Assembly: GCA_023213395.1 (NCBI GenBank)
Contig: CM041465.1
Coordinates: 216,201,741-216,265,740, forward strand
Direction of reading: 5' to 3'
From: Cycas panzhihuaensis
Lineage: Eukaryota > Plantae > Cycadophyta
DNA length: 64,000 nucleotides
The notes beneath the pieces were generated by a model that did not search any database, was not told the origin of the DNA, and was given only the letters and a program-made list of their open reading frames with translations. Below are positions 53,829-64,000 of the stretch, one piece after another. The number at the start of each line of letters is the position of its first letter. Within the stretch, counting starts at the first letter, position 1. A program made the translations under genes and the position numbers.

Positions 53829-55568
53829 TATTAGCGATAGTTAACTTAGGTTAACTATATACTTAATGCTTTATTAGGGGATAATTATCATGAGTAGGTG
53901 TGATAGAGGGATGTGTCTCTATATGAACAAGTACAATGAAGAGTTGTGTCCATATGTGAAGGGTTATGACACTATTTCAAGGTGTATTTATATGTACCTA
54001 CTTGGTATTCTAACTAATTAACTTAGATCAAATTAATCTCATCACATCTACTTGTATTCCATCTCACCATTGAATATTATGTCATTTTAATGTTTTCATA
54101 TAATAAACATTATGTTGGTGGGTTTTCTCTCTTAGGAGTTTCCCATGATAAATCTAGTGTTTGAGTCCTTATTATGCATGCTTCTAGCATGTAATAGTCC
54201 TTGCCTTTAGTTGGCTTAACACTTGGCCTACAACTTGCATATACATAAATCTTAACATGGTATCAGAGCCCAAGAAAAGTAAGGAATAATATTAGAACTC
54301 AGATTTGAGATTGGAAATGAGTGAGTTTATCACTAACTAGTTAAACTCAAAGATTAGGGATCCATAGATCATGTTGACATTAAGAGAAGAGGCCACCTAG
54401 AGTTGCCAAAATATATTAGGCACTTTATATACTTGTTGCACTAGCATTGGAAGTTATACAATGATGTCGGGCATAATTTAAAGTTATACAATGATGTTGG
54501 GCTTAGATTAAATATCATATAGAAGTATTGGGAAAGATTTGAAGATGTTGGGAATTAATTAAAGTTGAACAATAGAGATTGGACATGAAAAATTAATAGT
54601 TTATATTAAGAAATTCAAGTTTCTCATTTGTTGGCCAATATTAAGTGTTGTAAAAGGAATTTCGTTGATACATGTTGATTAGTGCATGAACTAGGTGAGT
54701 TTGAGGAAGAATCTACCTTCATTTAGCTTCATTCTAAAGAGATAGACACATATAAAAGCCTCTAAATAACCTATGTGTGACTAGAGTCTAGTTTCGCTAT
54801 GATTGAAAGTTATTTGGAAGGATTTGGAGGTCTGATTGAATCCTATATATTTGGACAACTTCATGTAGTAGTTGTGTTCTTTCTGAATGATGCATTATTA
54901 AAAAATTAAGACATATTAATAATGTTAATTGATCTCTAAAGTTGTAGTTCTTCAACATCAGAGATCAATTAATATTCATTCATAACTATGCAAATTAAAT
55001 TATGTATGAGAAGCCACCATTGTTTGGACTATTAAATAATTGTAAGTCTCAATGTAAAGATTATTAAATATTTATCATTTTAATGCAAAGATAAAATAGT
55101 GATGTGATAAGCATAGCATTCATCTTTAGTAAATAATTTAATTTTTTAATACAATTTTGAGGTGTGCAAATTTGATATTGATCACATAACTTTTGGAGGA
55201 GCCATTGTTAAAGAGAACATTCCTTTTAAATATTCAAATTTTAATATATACTTAAAACCTTTAAAAAGTGATTAATTTTTTTTAAGCATTTTATATAATT
55301 ATTCAAAGGTATTCCACCCAGAATTGGCCCAACAACATGTGATGTTTACATATAGATCATATTACATTTGTTTAAAAGTCTTTAATATTAAAAGAGCTTT
55401 TTAATAAATTTAATATCTTCAATTGATGTTAAAAAGCATATTCTTTATGTAAAATACATGTTGTCTATATCTATTTCTCAGTAAAGTGGTATATAGAGCA
55501 GTGATTCAAGCTTTATAAAGTGACATTCATTATGAATTAAGACTTATAATCATGTTTGGCAATCAAAT
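53829..55568 (+). mobile_element. LTR element D (5' LTR 53829-54257, exact PBS, non-coding or decayed internal region), nested in copy C
   Basis: tattag...ttaaca followed by TGGTATCAGAGCC at 54258-54270; no recognisable intact domain. Confidence 0.72.
54451..54585 (+). repeat. 30-bp tandem array, two near-identical plus 2-3 decayed units
   Basis: aagttatacaatgatgtcgggcataattta / aagttatacaatgatgttgggcttagatta. Confidence 0.75.
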
Positions 55569-58500
55569 TATTAGAAACACTAAACAAATAGATCATTTAT
55601 GTACACAACAAGTACGAAATAAACATGCACATAGCAAAATATATGTGGAAAACCTCATAGTCAGAACCCACCATTGACAATAGATTATATTAATATAGAA
55701 TCTTAAGATATAAATGGACTTTGGATCCTTATTTATAGATCCATAAGTGACTCAAATAATTTTATATAATATTACATCCATTGGTCCAAATAATATCATA
55801 ATTATTATATCACAAGTTCACAGTATTGAAACCAACCTTTAAAATAAAATAAATTAATGCTTTAATGAATGAGAGATCTCTCTCTTAAATATACATTGAA
55901 TCTAGATAACCATTATGAGTCTATATAGCATTTGTTAGACATGTATCATATATATACATAATGATGTGTTGTGAAAACATTATATCCTAATGACCTCTAA
56001 TAAAACATTATATTCTAACACCCTCTCTTAATGTTTTATTATACCCAATTTATCTCTAAGAATTTAGAACTTTTCTGTGCTAAGAGGTTTTGTTAATATA
56101 TCTGTAACTTGCTCATTGGTTGGGAAATATATTAGATTGATCTCTTTATTTTATACTTTTTCACTGATAAAATGATGATGTACTTCAATGTGCTTCATTC
56201 GAGCATGTGAAACTAGATTTTTACACTTTGGTTATCATAGAAGAGAGTTATTGGCTTTTGTTAACTAAGTTGCTTTATAAGATGCACTCATATCTAACTT
56301 GTATTCAACTTTTATGGAAGACACTATAATAGTTGATTATCATTTATTACTCCATAAGATTACAACTGACCCAAGGAAGAAATAGTAGTCACTTATTGAT
56401 TTTTTCTTTTCCTTATCTTCTACATAATTTGAGTCATAGAATCTAATTATCTATTCAAATATGATTTTTGGATAAGTAAGATTAAGGTGAGTTATTCCTT
56501 TAAGATATCTAAGAATTATCTTTACAACCTTCTAATGTCCTTGTTTTGGATCCTACATATATCTAGAGACTAAACCAACTAAGTAAGATATGTCTAGTCT
56601 AGATTTAGTCAAATAAATTAGGCTTCTAATCAACCATCTATACAAGGTTAAGTCAACTATAGTTTCTTCATTAAATTGAGTTGAATCACAACCAACTTTA
56701 ATTAGAGTTGTGCAGTTGTTGCAGTCTTCCTATTTTGAACTTGGCTAGTAGATTTTTAATGCATTTACATTGAAATAAGGTAATTACATCTTTTTTTTTT
56801 ATTGACTTCTATACCAAGATAATAATTTAACAATCCCATATTAGTAATTTTAAATCCTTCTTCTAGCTTTATTTTTATTTATGTTATGAATCCTATATGA
56901 CTTCTTGTAAGTATCATGTCATCTGCATAGACTACTATTATTGTGATCAATTTTTTTTTTTTTTTTTTTATACAAAGTTGAATCTAATTGACTACTATGG
57001 AAGCCATTTTGAGTGAGATATTTGTCTATCTTGGCAACCAGGCTCTAAGTGCTTACTTTAAACCATATAGGGTCTTCTTTAATTTGCACATAAGATTTTT
57101 TTTCCCTTTTTAAATGTACCCTTCTGGTTGAGTCATATAGACTTCTCCCTTAAGTTCTCCATTCAGGAAGGTGCTCTTTACATCTAATTAATAAACTTTT
57201 TAATTAAATTGGGTGGTTAGAGCTATCACAATTCTCACTATATTCAATTTAGGTACTAGAGAGAATGTTTCTTCGTAGTCAATGCCTAATATTTGGGTAT
57301 AGCCTTTGGCTACTTCTATGGCTTTGTATTTTTCTATTTCTCCATTTTAATTTTCCTTAATTTTATAAACCTATTTGTAATTAATAACATGCTTACCTAT
57401 AGGTAAATCTACCTGTTCCCATGTTTGATTCTTTAAAATTGATTCTATTTCTATATCCATAGTAATTTTCCATTCTTTGTGTTTCCTTGCTTCTTCATAG
57501 GATTGTGGTTCTACATTGCCGAATAATACCTAGTACTTCTAACTTCTAGTTTAGTATGTATACACATCTCCTTTTTCTTCTTCAATAGTTTTGAGATACT
57601 ATTTTGGTATCTTTTTTGATGTTGTTTCCTTTTCTTCATTGAAGTTAGTGACTGGTGAGGGTGCCCTCTCTGACTCCTCTGCCCCTTTAATTCCTATGTC
57701 TTATGAATTAATTTCAGAGTGTTCTTTAGGTAATATTTCCTTCAGTGGAGTTATTTTAGATGGCACCATAAATTTTTAACATAAAAGTGTCTCTTTAATT
57801 GCATCATTTTCATTAAATACAACATCCCTACTTATATAGATATTATTTGTCTTAGGATCTATATATTTGTAGGCTTTTAAATTTTTGTTATATCTTATCA
57901 TTATGCATTCAATACTTCTACAATAAAGTTTTGTTCTTTTTTTAATATAGAATATAAACAAATATAGAATAACAAAAATTTTTTAGATTACTCACATCTA
58001 ACTTATGTCATGTCTAAGCCTCTTCTAGTATGATTTGATCTAGAGTCTATGTTGGACTTTAATTTATTAGGTATGCTACTATACTTACTACTTCTTCCCA
58101 ATAGGTTTTTGAAATTTACCTATCTTACACCATGCTTTGTGCCATTTCTAAGATTATTTCATTCTTGTATTGAATTATACCATTGGATTATGGTGTATAT
58201 GGCGTTGCAAATTACCTTTGTATTCCATGATGTTTGTAAAAATTTAAAATCTCCTTTGAAATGTATTCTCCATCTCCATTTAGCCTTATGCATTTTATTT
58301 TGTTACTACTTTCGAGTTCAACTTCTACTTTGAATTCTTTAAATCTATCAAAAGCTTCAAATTTGCTATACATAAAATAAATCTATATTTTCCTAGAAAA
58401 ATCATCAATGAAGGTAATGAAGCACATAGATTCATTTATAGAAAATATGTTAAATAGTATACATAAGTCTATGTGAATTAATTCTAATCTATCTTTTGTT

Positions 58501-58703
58501 CTCCATTTACTCCTTTTAAAATAAGAATAATATTATTTTCTAAGCAAGCAACCTTTACAAGTTAATGGCTCAAATAAAATATTAAGTAGCCTAGTTACCA
58601 TTTTAGATTTTCTTAATATTTCTAGCCTATTTGAGGAGATGTTCCCATACTTCAAATAACAAAGTTTATTATTACTAACATTTTTAATAGTGTATGCTTT
58701 TAT
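55569..58703 (-). mobile_element. Ty1/copia element E (3' LTR ~55569-56020, PPT, RH-RT-INT), nested in D and interrupted just before integrase
   Basis: ctaaca then ccctctctta (PPT on the minus strand). RH HARMKHIEVHHHFI. RT EPQSYEEARKHKEWK. INT ORF 57776..57961 (YISRDVVFNE) and pre-integrase ORF 58533..58754. Confidence 0.85.
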
Positions 58704-61700
58704 TAAAAGAAAGATGGATCTAGCGAATAAATCACTTACATGCACCAATGGCAATGGATAATGAAAAAGAGATAAAACAATATATGAGAGCTAAGCTTAG
58801 AGGTGAGAATGAATAATGACTTCCTCCTTAAGGTTTTACCTTTTATTATTAAGGGTGAGCATTAGGGTTAAGATTTTCTCACCTAATGATATGAACCTAA
58901 ATTTACATCTAAATATACATAAAGTATATTTCACTAGGAGACTAATGTTAACAATATATCCTAATATCACTTAATTAATTTACAAAAATGACCTTGATAC
59001 ATTAACCTCTTTCAATCCCCCCCTTAATGGTAGAAGGTCATTTTTAAGAAAATCTATTCTATGAGGTCTTCATTTGTGCCTCATTATTATATTAAAATTT
59101 TAAATGACAATTTTGTGGGAAAGCCCTCGTACAGAATAAAAACCCGAGGACTTTCTAAGATCTATAGCCCCTTTTATAAATTAAAATGGCTAAGGTGGCT
59201 CTTTGATATAGTCTGATAGCAAAGCAACTTAAATGTACAACTTAATTTACCGAGTCTCCATATACCATTTGGTCATCCCCTATGCCCTTTCAAGTTTTCA
59301 CAAGTTCTGATTTTCTAAAACTAGTACAACCCTTATCCTTCCATACCTACATGGGATTTTCATAAATAGGATAGAGCAAAGACTTACTCTTATTCTTTCA
59401 TACCCATAAGTAGTTTTTACGAATAGAATAGAGTATGATAATCCTATTATCATCTTTTTTTATCAGTCGAAGATGGAGGCCCTAAGATTGAGGTACCTTC
59501 AAAACTATTTAATCTTCACCTTTCGCAATGGTTTGGTGAAGATATCAGCCACTTAATCTACTGTGGGGCAATATTCCTGTTGAATTATACTGTCATAAAC
59601 ACGTTCTCTAATCTTGTAGACTTTTGTACTTATGTGTTTGGTATGATCATGAAATATAGGATTTTTCACCATGTGGATTGTTGATTGATTATCTACATGA
59701 AGGTTGGTAGGACTTGTTTGGGTGATATTTAATGTTTCTAATAATTTTCTAAGCCATATCACCTCCTTACTGGTCTCAAAAGCACTAACGTATTCAACTT
59801 TGATAATTGAATCAACAATTATCTTCTATCATCTTGATCTCTATAATATTGGTGTTATTCCAAGAAATGTTACATACCTAAATGTAGATTTTCCTGTATC
59901 TTTATCTCTTGTAAAGTCTAAGTCTGTGTATATAGAAAGCTTAAATTCATTATTAGGTTCATATAACAGACTAAATTTTCTAATTATCTTTAGGTATTTT
60001 AACACTTGAACTGTAACCTGTTAGTAATTCTACTTAGGATTTATCATGAATTATATAAGAAGGCCAACATAGTGTGCAATATCTAGCCTTGTATTAGTAG
60101 TGTAGATGAGACTACCTATAAGTTTCCTATAGAGTGTTGTGTTTACCTCCATAGTGTTACCATTAGTTGAGAGTTTAGCATTAGGTTCCATAGGTAAATC
60201 CATTAGTCAAGTATCTTCTAACTAAAACTTGGTTAGAAGATCATTGATATATTTTTCTTGGGAGAGGAAAATTTTCCATTCCTTTGTATTACTTCAATTT
60301 CCAAGTAATATTTCATCAAACTGAGGTAAACAAAATTGAACATTTTGCTAAGGTTCTTTTTCAGCTGACTTATTGCCTATTTATTGTTACCCATTATTAG
60401 CATGTCATCCATAAAAATTATGAAATAAGCGACTTTGTCCTTTCGGCACTTGATGAACAATGTTGCATCAATATCTTGGTAGTCACAAACCTCATATCTA
60501 AGTTACCTCATTCTTTTATACAACTTGGCAAACCAAGCACAAAGGGGCTTATTTAAGTCCATACAAGGACTTTCTGAGCTTACAAACCTTATACTCTTGA
60601 CCTTTGATCTCATATCCTTCTAGCTAAGCCATGTAAATTTCTTCTTCAGGATCCCCATTGAAAAATGCAATCTTAATATCAAGCTGGTAGATTTTCTAAC
60701 CCTATTAAGTAGCCAAGGCCATAAGGGTTCTAATTATAGGCCACTTGGTTGTAGGTGTAAAGACTTAAATGTAGTTGATACGTTTCCTTTATATGAATCC
60801 TTTAGCTACCAACCTTGCCTTATATTTTTTAAGGGTTCCATCTAATCTATATTTATTTTTGAACACCCATTTATTTTGAACTACCTTTCTGCCAAGCGGT
60901 AGATCAACGAGCTCCCATGTACTATTTTTTATGAGAGATTAGTATTTTGCATTCATTACATTTATCTAGACTATATATTTTATAGCTTCCTGGTACAAGA
61001 GGGGTTCTTCATTAAGAGTAAGATGCAGTACTATCAGTTTAAGATTAGTATATAATGATTCCTATATCCTTACTCTATGGGCACTTTGAGTGTTAATTTT
61101 ACCTACCTCATCTGGTCGTATATCCTTATTGAACTGGTAGGCTTCACGAGATCCTTGAGTTGGGAATGAGATCCTCATTTCCTTAACTTCTTGGTTCTCA
61201 TCTTATTCATTAAAATCATCATTTTTTTAGGAGGATGTTGATGCACCTGAGGAAGATGGTCCTTCTACCATTATTTTACCTCTGTCAATTGATGGTGGAG
61301 AGGATGATTCTTCTATAATAGATTTACCTTTGTCAACTCTGCTATCTTCAAAGGATGGTATTAGATGTGCACTCATCAATTCAAAGTCATAACTTATATC
61401 CTCTGAGATTCTATTATTAGCTTCTAATATTTGGAATAATTTATGTTTGTCCCTCTCTCTCCCCCCCAAATTTTAGAATATGAACATCATACTTGATAAT
61501 ATTATTATAGCAGTATGAGGGTATTTTGGAGTCTAGTCTAAGCAATTAATCCTCCGTCTCTATAAAAACAACATCTCTGGTAATGATGATTTTTCATTGT
61601 AAAGGTATAAAGACCTTATACCCTTTCTTATCTATAGGGTATCTAACAAAGATGCCTTTAAGTGCCCTTGGCTGGAGTTTATTTCGATCTGCATCCAGAA

Positions 61701-64000
61701 TATAGGCATAGCATATAGAGCTAAAAATTTTAAAGTAGTGAATAATGGGGGCTTATCTTGACCACTTTTCATTAGGTGATTATCCTTCCTTTAATGGGCT
61801 TGTCCTAACTACTTTTCATCAAGTGATTATCATAGTAGTATTGATATAATAAATAACTATCTAGATGGCTTCAGTCCATAGGTAGGTAGGTACATTTTTA
61901 TATACCAACATAGCTCGATCCATGCTTATGATTATTTTATTCAGACACTTGGTAACTCCATTTTACTATGGGATACCTGTTATTATTGTTTGATGTTTGA
62001 TACCATTGTCTCGAAAGTAACTTTCAAACTCATGTGAGGTATATTCACCACCATTATCAGTTTGAAGATATTTAAGTTGATAACCTGACTTCTTTTTAGT
62101 ATGGGTTTTGAATTCTTTAAATATACGAAATGCTTCATATTTCTTATATAGAACCCATACTTTTCTAGTAAAATCATTAATGAAAGAGATATAATATAAA
62201 TTACATTTTAGTGAAGGAATGGGCATTGGTCTATACAGATCAAAGTATACCAATTATAATGGATGACTTGATTTCCACTGACTTTTAGGAAAGGGTTGTC
62301 GATGAGATTTGATAATGATACAAGCTTCACATTTGAAGGGCTTGGTGGAGAACTTTGGAAGACTTGAAAGAGTGTTACAAAGATCTCTAAGTTTATTGAT
62401 GTAAATATGGCCTATGTGAGCATGTCAAAGAGCTTCTAGTAACAATGTTGGGTGGGTCGGGATGGAGTTAAATATAAATTCTTCATCGACACAAGGGCTT
62501 TGGGCACAATGCTCTTTAGAAGATGGAGAGCTATTCAGTCGAAAGAGTTTACCAGTGAGAAGTCCAGTCAAGACCATTCAATTAGTTAGAGGATGAATGA
62601 CTTAGAGAGTCTGGTCATTTGTGGTTACACTTAGATTAAATCCACAAGAGACAAGTGTGGATAAGGAAAGAAGGTTTTGTTTAAGATTGGATATGTATAG
62701 GACACCAAGCAATGTAAAATCTCTTAAGCTTGGGAGCTTTAGGTGAATGTTACCAATTCCTTCAACATGTTGTTATGATTTATCAGTCATGTGAATAACT
62801 CCTTCAACATTTGAGTCAAATGTTTTATATAGATTGTAATTACATGTCATATATTGAGTTACTCATGTGTCCATGATCCACTGTCCATACATTGAAGCCA
62901 CACTATTTACAATTTCAATAGGGCTTGGTATTAGTGAAGGAAATTCATAAATAATATATCCACATCGAGCTTCAAAGTATAGGGTTAGTCAATGGCATTT
63001 GATATTGAAGATACCTCAATTCTTTAAAAGTGTGCTTGTATAAAACCTATACCACTAAAGGATTCTTCACAAGTTTCTTTAACATTATGAGCTCCATATT
63101 TTAGTTAGAACTTAGCCAACTTATAAGTAGAAGTCTTATAGTTATTTGTAAAGTATCTTTTATGGTTATACTTATCACACATAATAGTTTGATTGCTAAT
63201 CCCTAAAGAGGTACTGATTTGGCCTAAATGTATTGCTCTTTATTGAGGTAGCCCTTGGCCTTGAGATTGTGGAGGCTACGACCAAGGGTTTGGTTGACCT
63301 TGTAGACAATTTCCTATATTTCTTCCTCTTTCTCTTGCTTGGTTATTTCCTCTTCCATGAGAGGGACCTTAATTCTTTATGTAGAAATCTTCTTTCTCCA
63401 CCTCAAAGGCTATATCTGGAAGAGAGTTAGAGGCTACAAAGTTGGTATTAAAGATTTTGTCAAATTTTTTGAAGTTCTTAGTAAGTGTTTTAAAATTGAG
63501 TGTCTTCAGTGTTCCACTAGATTGAAGACTTCTAAGTAAATTTTTATGATCATGAACATGTAGATATGATTGGATCAATAATGCCTAAGTGATACATTGA
63601 GTCTTAAAATCTTTATCAATTACCTATTTTATTGGTCGAAGGAGATTTATTATCTTATGAGTTTATCCCTTTTATATTTTTAATTTGTTCATTTTTAAAA
63701 TAAGATAAAAAAATTATAAATCTAACTTAGGTAGAAATGCCATTCCATTAAGACACCATCACAATGTCTTTTGTGGGGTTGAGTGCGCAAATTCAGTATC
63801 TATAAGAAAACTATAAAGATCTCACTAACTGATGGATGAAATTTGATGAGATTTATCTTAAAATATTCCTAAGATATAAATCTACTAGATCCCTCAAAAA
63901 AACTTTTAGATTTTTAGCTCATGTTTAAAGAATTTTATTAAGAAAAGTGTCTTAAGTTACTTATCCATAAATTTTAACCTTTTATTTCAGTAAAAACTCA
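58704..64000 (-). mobile_element. Ty1/copia element F, same family as 6389-12525; 3' LTR 58704-59014; 5' end outside window
   Basis: The LTR boundary at 59014 reads tgaaagaggttaatg on the minus strand, matching 12236. PPT aagggggggat. 3' UTR and pol are colinear with the 6389 element. Confidence 0.9.
59480..63700 (-). pseudogene. Copia F gag-pol (degenerate)
   Basis: ORF 59553..59762 (RH: DNQSTIHMVKNPIFHDHTKHI). ORF 61966..62253 (INT: LQTDNGGEYTS). ORF 63369..63578 (Gag). Confidence 0.9.

Noticed and set aside
58533-58754. 73-aa ORF as a single gene
   Set aside because: It is chimeric: it starts in the LTR of element F and crosses the 58704 junction into the pre-integrase region of element E.

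Overview
This is AT-rich, strongly CpG-depleted plant heterochromatin. A large-genome, gymnosperm-like source is an inference from the old, highly diverged paired LTRs. The window is almost entirely nested, decayed LTR retrotransposons, and I found no supportable host gene, RNA gene or CRISPR array. Left nest: a CRM-type Ty3/gypsy (-) is interrupted by a Tat/Athila-related gypsy (+), which holds a complete Tork-type Ty1/copia (4143-15619, TSD GATGC), which holds a complete second copia (6389-12525, TSD TTCCT). Middle: a Reina-like chromovirus copy, two complete gag-only (TR-GAG-like) elements with TSDs (26007-30337, 35924-39004), and a small non-coding LTR family in two copies. Right: a five-deep open nest (chromovirus > same-family chromovirus > non-autonomous LTR element > copia > copia) runs off the window. 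The most interesting signals are: gag-only elements whose Gag runs into what looks like a diverged RNase H C-terminal tail; an intact element whose two LTRs have discordant U5 ends; outer LTR termini mutated TG/CA to TA while inner termini are kept; and a conserved repeat-spacer hairpin array plus central purine tract in one copia family. All of this was read by eye, so boundaries without a TSD are approximate.
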